A stretch of 64,000 nucleotides of DNA from positions 45,818,001-45,882,000 of the forward strand of contig CM075979.1 in the NCBI GenBank assembly GCA_038087875.1, in the 5' to 3' direction. The DNA comes from Malacoraja senta. Its lineage: Eukaryota. Shown here one piece after another: positions 1 to 12,100 of this stretch. Both the position numbers and the translations under genes were made by a program. Positions within the stretch are counted from its first letter, which is position 1. Each line of letters opens with the position of its first letter. The notes under the pieces were generated by a model that saw nothing but the letters and a program-made list of their open reading frames with translations, was not told the origin of the DNA and ran no database searches.

Positions 1-190
1 GTGTATAAATTCAGCGGAGGAAAGCATACACCTTACAGAAAAGATGCTGCGATTTTTGATGATGAGTTAAAGAAGGGAATTGCCTCTCTCTTCCTCCCAC
101 TTGTTCAATTTAATGAAGAAGGAGATTATACCTGCGTAGTCTTCATCAGCCCGGACCAGGGAAGTGGCAAATCTACAATGATTGTTTCAG
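1..190 (+). CDS. NCR3LG1-like: 3' part of V-set Ig exon (B7-H6-like)
   Basis: [63 protein letters not shown] has the V-set ASLxL and EGxYxC motifs. It parallels B7-H6 as I recall it (VFEFFGDHQEAFRPGA...[26 protein letters not shown]). Donor G|GTAAAA at 190/191, phase 1. Confidence 0.88.
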
Positions 191-3100
191 GTAAAAACAA
201 TTAACAAATATTTCAGGCATGCACAGTGGTGCAGCGGGTGGAGCTGCTGTCTCACATTCCAGAGACCCCGGTTCGATCCGGACCTCGTCAGTGTGGAGTT
301 TGTACATTCTCCCTGTGATGGGTTTTCTCCGGGTGTTCCGGTTTCCTCCCACCCTCTAAACATGTGCAGGTTTGTAGGTTAATTGGCTTTGGTAAAATTG
401 TAAAATTGTTCCTACTGTGTAGGATAGTGCTAGTGTACGGGGTGATTGCTGGTCGGCATGGACTCGGTGGTCTAAAGGGCCTGTTTCCATGCCGTATCTC
501 TAAAGCCTGAAGTCTAATGAATTTGTCCTCTGTTTATATCTTTGACATTTTCACCCATATAACCATATAACCATATAACAATTACAGCACGGAAACAGGC
601 CATCTCGACCCTTCTAGTCCGTGCCGAACACGTATTCTCCCCGAATAAAATCCCGAATCTCACCCAGGGATAAAACGTTCTGACAATCTACTCTTTGAAA
701 CGGAACACAAAAAATGATTCACTCAATCGTTATATATGTAATTGCAAGCTGCAATAGCGATACACCTGTAAACTAAAAATAAAAATACCCAACACATCTC
801 CACCATGTGTCTACGCAACCTCCGACATTCCAGAGAAAACAATGCAACTCTGTCCAACTTCTCCTTGTAGTTAATACCACCTAATACATCAACTTTCTAC
901 CCTGAAAAGGACATAACCATGGACTGTTTGCCCTCCTCCCATCAGGGAGGCGGTACAGGAGCCTCAGGTCTCGTACCAGTAGGATGAGGAACAGCTTCTA
1001 CAATTATACCGTCGCATTGCTGAACTCGGAGTCCCGCCGATAGATTCCTCCGGTCCCTCCGTCCCCATTGTTAATTATTCTGTATTTTTGATTATTCTGT
1101 ATCCTCTTTTAAAAAAAAATTCTATATTGCACTACTACTACGGACTGACGCAAAACTGCATTTCGTTGTACCCATACTCAGTATTTGTGCAATGACATTA
1201 AAGTTGAATTGAATTGAATTGAATTGAATTGAATAAAATGCTGGAGTAACCCAAGTGTGTAAGATAGAATTAATGTACAGGGTGATTGATGGTCAGCACG
1301 GACTCGATGAGCCGAAGGGCCTATTTCCACGCTGTATCTCGAACCTAAACTAAACGTTTCAATTTGTGCACTCATTACTAGATTTGGATTAAAAATATAT
1401 TTTTAAACGTCCACTAATATCAAATGACTATGGGACATGCTGGCTCGTGTGGGCAGATTGGGCTGAAGGGCCTGTTTCCACACTGTATGATTAACATTGA
1501 TTATTATCTTCACAGCTAAACCACAAATGACTTTATCCGCAACTGCTATCACAATTGAGAATGGGACGGAGAAATCGGTGAAATGTGACAGTACTGCGTT
1601 TTACCCCTTGGAGATTCAGATAAGTTGGCTCAAGAAATCAAAGAGTGGAGAACAGACGATCCTGGGACCACATTTGCACAGGATCTCCTGTTAGAAATAC
1701 AGATGGAACCTACAATGTGTCGAGCCATATGAGGCTACGTCCAACACTCCAGGACGATGGTAACACTTACGTCTGCTTAGTGAGACATAGATCACTTGGT
1801 AAGCACGCAGAGTTGACAACCCATCTGACTGTCAGAGGTAAGTTTAATTTTAGTTATAGAGGTAATGTGGAAACAGGCCCTTCAGCCCAACGAATCCACA
1901 CCGACCATCGATGGGCCAAATATGGGCAGGTTAGTCGGGCGTAGATGGGGTATCTTGGACAGTATGGACAAGTTGGGTTGAAGGGCATTTGTCTGTGATA
2001 CAGCATGGAAACAGGCCCTTCGGCCCACCAAATCCATGCCGACCATCGATCACCTGCTCACACTAGTTCTATGTTATCCCACTTTCTTATCCACTCCCTG
2101 CACACAAGGTAGACAAAAATGCTGGAGAAACTCAGCGGGTGAGGCAGCATCAATGGAGCGAAGGAATAGGTGACGTTTTGGGTTGAGACCCTTCTTCAGA
2201 CGGGGTGGGGGGGGGCGTTAAGAAGAAAGTAAGAGGTGGAGACAGTAGACTGTGGGAGAGCTGGGAAGGGGAGGGGAAGGAGCGAGAAAGCAAGGACTAC
2301 CTGAAATTGGAAAAGTCAATGTTCATACCGCTGGGGTGTAAACTACCCAAGCAAAATATGAGGTGCTGCTGCTCCAATTTGCGGTGGGACGCACTCTAGC
2401 CATGGGGGAGGCCCAGGACAGAAAGGTCAGATTTGGAATGGGAGGGGGAGTTGAAGTGCTGGACCACCGGGAGATCAGGTTGGTTATTGCGAACCGAGCG
2501 GAGGTGTTGGGCGAAGCGATCGCCAAGCCTACGCTTGGTCTCACCGATGTAGAGCAGCTGACACCTCGAGCAATGGATGCAATAGATGAGTTTGGAGGAG
2601 ATGCAGATGAACCTCTGCCTCACCTGGAAAGACTGCTTAGGTCCTTGGATGAAGTTGAGGGGGGAGGTAAAACGACAAGTGTGGCATTTCCTGCGGTTGC
2701 AAGGGAAAGTACCAGGGGAGGGGGTGGTTTGGGTGGGAAGGGAGGAATTGACCAAGGAGTTACGGAAGGAGCGGTCTCTGCGGAAAGCAGACGGGGGAGG
2801 AGATGGGAAGATGTGGCCAGTGGTGGGATTCCATTGGAGGTGGCGAAAATGTTGGAGGATTATCTGTTGTATAGAAACATAGAAACATAGAAAATAGGTG
2901 CAGGAGGAGGCCATTCGGCCCTTCGAGCCTGCACCGCCATTCAATATGATCATGGCTGATCATCCAACTCAGTATCCTGTACCTGCCTTCTCTCCATACC
3001 CCCTGATCCCTTTAGCCACAAGGGCCACATCTAACTTCCTCTTAAATATAGCCAATGAACTGGCCTCAACTACCTTCTGTGGCAGAGAATTCCAGAGATT

Positions 3101-6100
3101 CACCACTCTCTGTGTGAAAAATGTTTTTCTCATCTCGGTCCTAAAGGATTTCCCCCTAATCCTTAAACTGTGACCCCTTGTCTGGACTTCCCTAACATCG
3201 GGAACAATCTTCCTGCATCTAGCCTGTCCAACCCCTTAAGAATTTTGTAAGTTTCTATAAGATCCCCCCTCAATCTTCTAAATTCTAGCGAGTACAAGCC
3301 GAGTCTATCCAGTCTTTCTTCATATGAAAGTCCTGACATCCCAGGAATCAGTCTGGTGAACCTTCTCTTTACTCCCTCTATGGCAAGAATGTCTTTCCTC
3401 AGATTTGGAGACCAAAACTGTACGCAATACTCCAGGTGTGGTTTCACCAAGACCCTGTACAACTGCAGTAGAACCTCCCTGCTCCTATACTCAAATCCTT
3501 TTGCTATGAATGCTAACATACCATTCGCTTTCTTCACTGCCTGCTGCACCTGAATGCCTACTTTCAATGACTGGTGTACCATGACACCCAGGTCTCGTTG
3601 CATCTCCCCTTTTCCTAATCGACCACCTAACCGTATGTGACGGCTGGTAGGGTGGAAGGTGAGGACTCTGTCCTTGTTACGAGTGGGGGGATGGGGAGTG
3701 AGAGCGGAGCTACGGGATAGAGAGGAGACCCCGGTGAGAGCCTCATCTATAGTCGAAGAGGGGAAACCTTGTTCCCTAAAGAATGAGGACATCTCCGATG
3801 CCCTGGTTTGGAACACCTCATCCTGGGTGCAGATATGGCGTAGCTGGAGGAATTGGGATAGAGTCCTTACAGGAAGCAGGGTGGTAAGAAGTGTAGTCCA
3901 GATAGCCATGGGAGTCAGTGGGTTTGTAGTAGATGTCGGTCAGTAGTCTGTTACCTGCGATGGAGTTAGTGAGGTCTAGAAACGGTAGGGAGATGTCGGA
4001 AATGGTCCAGGTCAGTTTCAGTGCTGGATGGAAGTTAGTGGTGAAATGGATGAAGTCGGTGAGTTCTGCATGGGTGCAGGAGGTAGCACCAATGCTATCG
4101 TCAATGTAGCAATGGTAGAGTTCGGGGTCAGGGCCACAGTAAGCCTCGAACAAGGATTGTTCGACGTACCTACAAAGAGACGGGTGTAGATGGGGCCCAT
4201 GCGCGTGCCTTGGATTTGAAGGAAATGGAAGGGGTCAAAAGAAAAGTTGTTGAGGGTAAGGACCAGCAGAGGAGAGTATTTGTAGACGGGGATTGGTTGG
4301 GCCAACCAATCCCCGTCTCGACCGCAGAACCAACCAATCCCCGTCTCGACTGCAGAACCAACCAATCTTCCCACCCTGCTTCCTGTAAGGACTCTATCCC
4401 CTACTCCCAATTCCTCCGTCTACACCGCATCTGCACCCAGGATGAGGTGTTCCAAACCAGGGCATCTGAGATGTCCTCATTCTTTAGGGAGCGGGGGTTC
4501 CCCTCTTCGACTTCCCCTCTTCGTCCTTTCATTTCTTTTTTTAAATTTTTACGTTAAAAAGTGTTGATTGGAGGTCTGTTCTTTTTATGGGGGGGGGGGG
4601 GGGAGGGGGAAACTATTTCTCAGTCCATACCTGGTCGGAGAGGCGGCTTTCCTCCGAGCAGCGCCTCGACCCGTCCTCGCGTCCTACCATCGGGGTCTGG
4701 AGCGGCGTTTCCTGACGGGACCAGCCAGAACCTCGGTTTCGGTGGCTGGAGCGCTATCGCGGAACGGAGCGGGCGAATGCTGAGTCCTCCGATTGGAACA
4801 TCACGGAGCTGCGGGATTGTGGAGCGGCCAGCCGCAGGCGGCGGCGCTGACTTTGACATTGCGCAGCCTGGGATCTCTCGCCGAGATCACCAGTGGTGGA
4901 GCTCCGTCCAGCGTTGGCTTCGGAAGCCGCGGTCTCCGGTAAGGAAGCGGCTGTTCCAGGCATCCCAAGCCGCTGAGAGGATTCTTCCGACGCCGGAGCA
5001 CCATCACCCGGCCTGGAAGGGCCTGGAACATCGGGCCCCGTAGCGGCTACTGCGGAGGCCTCAATAGGCCCGACTATGGGTGGACAAGGGGATGGGGACT
5101 GGACTTTGTGCCTTCCCTCACAGTGGGGACCATTGTGGGGGGATGTTTTTATGTTTTATGTTAAATTCTCCTTAATGTTGTGTTGTATTCTTATTAGTGT
5201 GCTGCAATGGCAACTTGAATTTCACTATACCAATTGGTGTATGTGACAATAAATGAACCTTTGAACCTTTGAGATGATGCTCTCACCAGGGTCTCTTCTA
5301 TATACCGTAGCTCCGCTCTCACTCCCCATCCCCCCCCCCCCACTCGTAACAAGGACAGAGTCCCCCTTGTCCTCACCTTCCACCCCACCAGCAGCCACAT
5401 ATAACAGATAATACTCCCAACATTTTTGCCACCTCCAACGGGATCCCACCACAGGCCACATCTTCCCATCTCCTCCCCTTTCAGCTTTCCATAGAGACCG
5501 CTCCCTCCGTAACTCCCTGGTCAATTTGTCCCTTCCCACCCAAACCACCCGCTCCCCTGGTACTTTCCCTTGCAACCGCAGGAAATGCCACACTTGTCAC
5601 TTTACCTCCCCCCGCGACTCCACCCAAGGACCTAAGCAGTCTTTCCAGGTGAGGCAGAGGTTCACTTGCCTCACCTTCCTTTCTTCTTCACTGTCTCCAC
5701 TTCCTTTCTTCTTCCCGCCCCCCCCACACCCCCCACCCCCTCATCAGTGTGAAGAAGGGTCTCGACCCGAAACGTCACCTATTCCTTCGCACCATAGATG
5801 CTGCCTCACCCGCTGTGTTTGTCCAGCATTTTTGTCTACCTACGATTTATCCCGCATCTACAGTTCTTTCTTAAACAACCCTCCACACTAGGGGGCATTT
5901 AATTATGTAAACCAACATCTGCAGCAAGGAAACAGGCCCTCTGGCCAAACTTGCCTATGCTGATCAAGATGCCCCATCTAAGCTAGTCCCACCTGCCCGC
6001 GTTTGGTCCATGTCCCTCTCAACCTTTCTTATCCATGTACCTGTCCAAGTGTCTTTTAAATGTAGTTATTGCACCTGCCTCAACTACCTCTTCTGGCAGC

Positions 6101-9100
6101 TCGTTCCATATACCCACCACCTGTGTGGAAAAAAGTTGTCCCTCCGGTTCCCTTTAAATCTTTCCCTTACTTATGTCCCTCGATTTTGTAATCATATGGT
6201 ATTAACCTGAAATTCAAAGCTCCTCTACTGGTATACTGGGTCAGGCTACATCTCTCCAAAACATGGATAGGCGACATTTCAAATCGGGACTCTTCAGGTC
6301 TTGCATTTTAATGCGAGCAGTTTGGAGCACAAAATCTAGACGTTTGGAACAAAAATGAATTGTGGCGGGAATTCATTCTCAATAGAGACCAGACACACTA
6401 AGTTGTGAAGCAGTGTTACAAAGCAAATTCATCAAATACAAAATATCCCAGATCCAATAGGGAATACTAGTTTTGCTTAGTTTAGTACAGTTTAGAGATA
6501 CAGCGTGGAAACCGACCCTTCGGCCCACCGAGTCCATGTCAACCATGTTCATTAGTTCTCTGTTAGACAAAAATGCTGGAGAAACTCAGCGGGTGAGGCA
6601 GCATCTATGGAGCGAAGGAAATAGGCAACGTTTCGGGCCAAAACCCTTCTTCAGACTGATGTGAGGTGGGAGGGGGGGGGGGTGCGTGGGTGGGAAGAAG
6701 AAGAAAGGAAGAGGTGGAGCCAGTGGGCTGTGGGAGAGCTGAGAAGGGGAGGAGAAAGTAAGGACTACCTGAAATTAGAGAAGTCAATGTTCATACCACT
6801 GGGGAGCAAACGTTCCAAGCGAAATATGAGGTGCTGCTCCTCCAATTTACGGTGGACCTCACTCTGGCCATGGAGGAGACCGTTCTCTGTTATCCCAGTT
6901 TTGCATCCTACACACAAGGGAGAATTTACAGAATCCAATTAACTCACAAACCCGCACGACTTTGACGTGTGGGAGGAAACCGAAGCACCCGGAGGAAACT
7001 CACGCGGTCACAGGGACAAAGTACATACTCCGCACAGTTAGCACCCGGAGTCAGGATCGAACCCAGGTTTACTTTACTTGATTGTCATTTGTACTGAGGT
7101 ACATTGAAAAGCTTTACTTTGTCTCTGGCACTGTGAGGCAGCAACTCTACCGCTGTGCTACTATGCTGCCTATGTAGTTGTTTTGGAAATAGTCTTGTGT
7201 AATGAATATAATTTTTTTTGCTAATTGTTATTAAAACTTATTTTCTTACAGAGCCAGAAGTCGTTGTACCAGGGGGAATAATAACAGGCTGTGTTATTGG
7301 TAGTATACTGCTGTGTTCCTTGATCATGATAGTTGGATTTTTAATGTATCTAAAGATTTTTAGAAAAGGTAAAGTATCCTTCCCTGAACATTCAAAACAG
7401 TTTTGCCTAAGATCGTTTTCTGTGTTTGATATGATATGTTATAGAATGCTTGCCTACATCAGACACGACATTGAGTATAAGAGGCAGCAAGTCATATTGC
7501 AGCTTTATAGGACTTTAATTAGGCCATATTTGGAGTATTGCATGTAGTTATGCTCGCTACATTACAGGAAGGGTGTGGAGGCATGGTGAGAGGTTTACCA
7601 TAATGCTGCCTGGGTCAGAGGGTATTAAATACGGGAAAGATTGGACAAACTTTGATTATTTTCTCTAGAGTGAGGAAAAGGCTGAGGAAAGATCCTGATA
7701 GAAATTGTCAAATTATGCGAAGCATAGATAATCAGAACCTTATCCCCAGGGTGGAAATGTCAAAGACCAGAGGGCATAACTTTAAGATGAGAGGGGCAAA
7801 GTTTTATGGAGATATGGGCGACAATTCTTTTTACACAGAGGTGTGTTGGGGGTTGCCTGGAACATGCTGCCAGGGGTAGTGGTGGAGGAAGAGCAGATTA
7901 ATTTATCTTGGCATCATGTTCGGCATGAGCATTGTGGGCCGAAGGGCCTGTTCCTGTGCTGTACTCTGTTCAATGTTCTATATTTCATGCATTTATTCAA
8001 TACATTACCTCGACTGTATGTGAACTGTCAGATAATTTGAGCTGATCTCCTGGAAAACATTAGTTAGATAGATAGAGTGGACGTGGAGAGGATGTTTCCA
8101 GTAGTGGGAGAGTCTAGGACCAGAGGCCACAGCCTCCATTCTAACCTCCTTTAGAATGGAGATGAGGAAGAATTTCTTTAGCCAGAGGGGGGTGAATCTG
8201 TGGAATTAATTGCCACAGGCAGTTGTGGAGGCCAAATCATTGGGTATTTTTAAAGCCAAAGAAATTGATAGGTTTTAAAGAATTGATAGGTTTGTGATTC
8301 CTTTCTAAAGGTACTATGTTTCTATGTACGTCCTTTTATTCTGAGGCTGTTCCCTCTGGTCCTAGACTCTCCCACGTGGAAGCATCCTCTCCACATCCAT
8401 TAATTTCTATTAACGTCTAACTTTAATAGGATGATCTTTCTTTGTTCTTGAGGTACACCAGCATTTTCACCTCTGCATTTCTGGTTCTTTTGTTCTTGCA
8501 TCCTGATTTTGATGCATTTTTTCATATCCTTGGCTTTATTTTTGTCTCTGATCTACTTACTGATTCTCATGTTATTTATAAATGTGGAAATACCTAAAAT
8601 GTGATGAGATATTGAGCCAGGTGTTCTTACATCCAAGGTACACAAAAATGCTGGAGAAACTCAGCGGGTGCAGCAGCATCTATGGAGCGAAGGAAATAGG
8701 CAACGTTTCGGGCCGAAACCCTTCTTCAGACTGATAGGGGGTGGGGAGAAGAAAGGAAAAAAGGCGGAGGAGGAGCCCGAGGGCTGGGGGAGGGGAGGAT
8801 ACAACCAGAGGGCTGATGAAGCGGAGGGGACATCCATATTTATTACAGTGGATGTTTTATGTAGATGGATGATGAATTTGTTCTGATACTTTTAAAGTGA
8901 CATAAACCTCTTCCAAAAGAAAAATAACATCAAAAACATTTTTTTTTCTAGTACCTCCTAAAGTGTCTGAAATTGCCAAACCACCACATATTATACATTT
9001 GGAAGAAACTGTTCTGACTTGTCATATATCAGGATATAAGCCTGCAAACATTTTGCTTTGTTGTTTTCTACAAAGAGAGGGGGGAAATCAAAGTAAGATT

Positions 9101-12100
9101 TTCCAATGGAGCTCTGCACCTGGCCACTCGCAAGCACCTGAAGCTATTGACCAGCAAAGACTTATTTGCAACAGCGACTCTGCAGAGGATACTTTCCACA
9201 TTGAGATGACAGCTGCTACACATGATGGCCGCTCCAGTGCGAAATGCAAAATTATATTCATCCCTGATATTGATAAAGATGACGGAACTGTCCTCTCTCT
9301 TCACGTTTCACATAGCACTCTTGGAAAGCCTATTACTAAATCCATCCAATTGAAAGTTGAAGGAAGTAAGTATACAGTGCGGCACGGTGCAGCAGGTAGA
9401 GCTGCTGCCTCACAGTGGCAGAGGCTCAGAGTTTGACCTGGGGTGCTGTCTGTGTGGAGTTTGCATGTGACTGCTGGGTTTTCTCCGGGTGCTCCGGTTT
9501 CATCCCATATTCCAAAGATGTGTGGGTTTGTAGGTTAATTGGCCTCTATAAATTGCCCCTAGTGTGTAGGGAGTGGTTGAAAAAGTGGGATAATGTAGAA
9601 CTAGTGTGAACAGGTGATTGATGGTCGGTGCGGATTTGTTTGCATGCTGTGTTTCTAAAGTAGACTAAATGATGTCAAGAAAACAATGATCTTTATTTGT
9701 TTATAAAAGCATCTTACTAAATCAATACCTCAGGTAATATGTAGCTTAGCTTAGAGATACAGCATGGAAACGGGCTCTTCTACCCACCAAGTCCGCACCA
9801 ACCATCGATCACCTGTTCTACGTTATTCCACTTCCTCACCTATTCCCTACACGCTGAGGGCATTAACCTACAAACCCACACGTCTTTGGGATGTGGGAGG
9901 AAACTCACGCGGTCATAGGGATAATGTGCAAACTCCACACAGACAGCACCGGAGGTCAGGATCAAACCTGGATGTCCGGCTCTGAGACAGCAGCTCTACC
10001 AGCTACGCCACTGTGCTTCCCAAAATTACTCTGTTTTAACTATATACTTTTAAATTAGCCGTCCTTTCTGTGATTATATCTCACGAATAATCTGAAATAC
10101 TATGCAGTAAATGTTACTAGTGTGTGCGGGGTCTTAAAATGGCTGGATTGCAGTTACATCTCAACTGCACTAGGCAAAATAAACTCAGCATGTTTTACAC
10201 TGTAAATTCTAAAACCATGAAATCTTCTCTCCTTTTTCATTTCTTAAATAAAAACAGTTGCACCAAAGATGACCAATATTCTCGCTCCGCCTCACATTAT
10301 TCATGAAGAGGTGATTGCTTTGTCTTGTTCTATTGACGGATTTAAGCCAAGACCACTGGCCATCACTTGGTACCAAAAACCCAACAAAGCAAAAGAAAAC
10401 ATGGGATTGAAAGAAATTGTGAGAACTGTGTTTGGAAGCGAAGATGTTATTGTTGGTGGGGAAAAGGATCTGCCTAAATATTCCCACTCTCTAAATCAGT
10501 TGACCAATGAAGACAATACTTATAGTGTCACCAGTTTCCTAATATTTACACCAACGATTCTCGAAGACCATGGAACAGTGTATGTTTGTGAAGTTGAACA
10601 TCCAGCTACGGCTTCAAAAACACAACATCAGGTCAAACTTGACATAAAAGGTACAGTCAGAATTTCTCTTATTCCTATTATGGATTGTAAGATACAATGG
10701 AAGCAGGCTCTTCCCCTCAGCATGTACTCCTGCAGTCTGGAATGTGCCAATGCCCATGTGCTGGGAGACCAACAAGTTTCGGGCAGACCAAAGAATGTCT
10801 TTTACCTAATCTATACGCAGATTAGACCAGGCATCAGGATAATAATTCGGGTGAATGTGCTACCAATGTCCAATCTGGCTTAATATCAACACTTTTTAAT
10901 TACCCTTTCAAAGTAGGTAGTATCGTGGACAGTGAAGATGATTATCAAAAATCACATTTGGCTTTTGATCATCTGTGCAAGTGGGCTGTGCAATAGCTAA
11001 TGGAGTTTAATGCAGATAAATACAGTTTGTATGTTCTCCTTGTGACTGTGGGTTTACTCTGGGTGCTCCGGTCTCCCACACTTCAAAGACCTACAGATGT
11101 GCAGGTTAGTTGGCAATTGTAAATTGCCCCGTGTGTAGGATTGTGGTAGAGTATGGGGTGATCGATGGTTGGCATGGACTCAGTTGGCTGAAGGGCCTGT
11201 TTCACTCTGTATCTCCAAAGTCTAAAGTGCAAGGTGCTGCATATTTGGGAAATCAAACCAAGGCAGAACCTTCACAATGAATGGTAGGGCCATGGGAAAT
11301 GTTGTAGAACAGAGGGATCTAGGAGTGCAGGTGGGTTGTTCCCTGAAAGTGGTGTTGAAGGTAGATAGGGTGGTAAAGAAGGATTTTGGAACATTGGCCT
11401 TCATTTGTCATGGTATTGAGGATAGAAGTTGAGATGTTATGTTACAGTTGTACAATATGTTGGTGAGGCAACATTAAGTTGTTCAGTTTTGGTCACCTTG
11501 CTATAGGAAGGATGTCATTAAGCTGCAAGGATTGAAGAGAAGATTTATGTGGATATTGCTGGGACTTGAGGGCCTGAGCTATAGGTAGAGTTTGAGCAGG
11601 TAAGAGGTTTTTTTTGGAGCGCAGGAGGCTGATGGCTGATCTTATAGAGGCGTCTTTTACACAGGATAGAGGAATCAACAAACCAGAGGGCATAGGTTTA
11701 AAGTGAGAGGGGCAAGATTTAGTAGAAATCTGAGGGGAAACGTTTTCAATCAGAAGGTGTTGGGTGTATGGAAAGTGCCAGAGGAGGTAGTTGAGACTGG
11801 TACTATAACAACATTTCAAAGACTGGAACAGATACATGGATAGGAAAGGTTTAAAGGGATACAAGCCAAACGTGTATTAATGGGATGAGCTGAGATGGGC
11901 ATCTTGGTTGTGGACAAGCTTGGCTGAAGGGCCTATTTCCGTGTTATATGACTCGAACAAAAATCCCTGCAGAATGTCTGAACCTTTCACAGCTTCTTTT
12001 TCCTTCCCTTTCTCTTCAGCAATCCCAGAATGTGAAGACATTAAGTTGGCGCCGGAAATCCCAATTGCAGAAGAATTTGCTGATTCAACCTGCAGGATAC

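Noticed and set aside
1-260. Rearranging antigen-receptor V segment with a recombination signal (CACAGTG near 221)
   Set aside because: The V exon is complete through its last strand and ends in a splice donor. The heptamer is part of the SINE head and has no nonamer at 12 or 23 bp spacing.
216-290. tRNA genes
   Set aside because: The A and B boxes belong to tRNA-derived SINE heads followed by SINE core and LINE tail. There is no complete cloverleaf.
1-1837. Tapasin, MHC or Ig constant-region identity
   Set aside because: The V and C1 motifs parallel B7-H6 more closely as I recall them, and there is no MHC peptide-binding exon or ER-retention tail. Strict orthology to NCR3LG1 is still unproven.
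2363-2890. 175-aa plus-strand ORF and other ORFs antisense to PLE, CR1, HERO and DIRS
   Set aside because: Shadow frames on the opposite strand of transposon ORFs.
4302-4366. CRISPR-like direct repeats (28 bp)
   Set aside because: Only two adjacent copies plus a partial one, no spacers, eukaryotic context, and derived from the PLE end.
4561-5043. 160-aa ORF and similar GC-rich ORFs (19939-20372, 29467-30028, 42628-42940, 52210-52752, 54104-54702)
   Set aside because: Stop-poor GC-rich repeat sequence with no domain motifs. Homologous copies do not keep a common frame.
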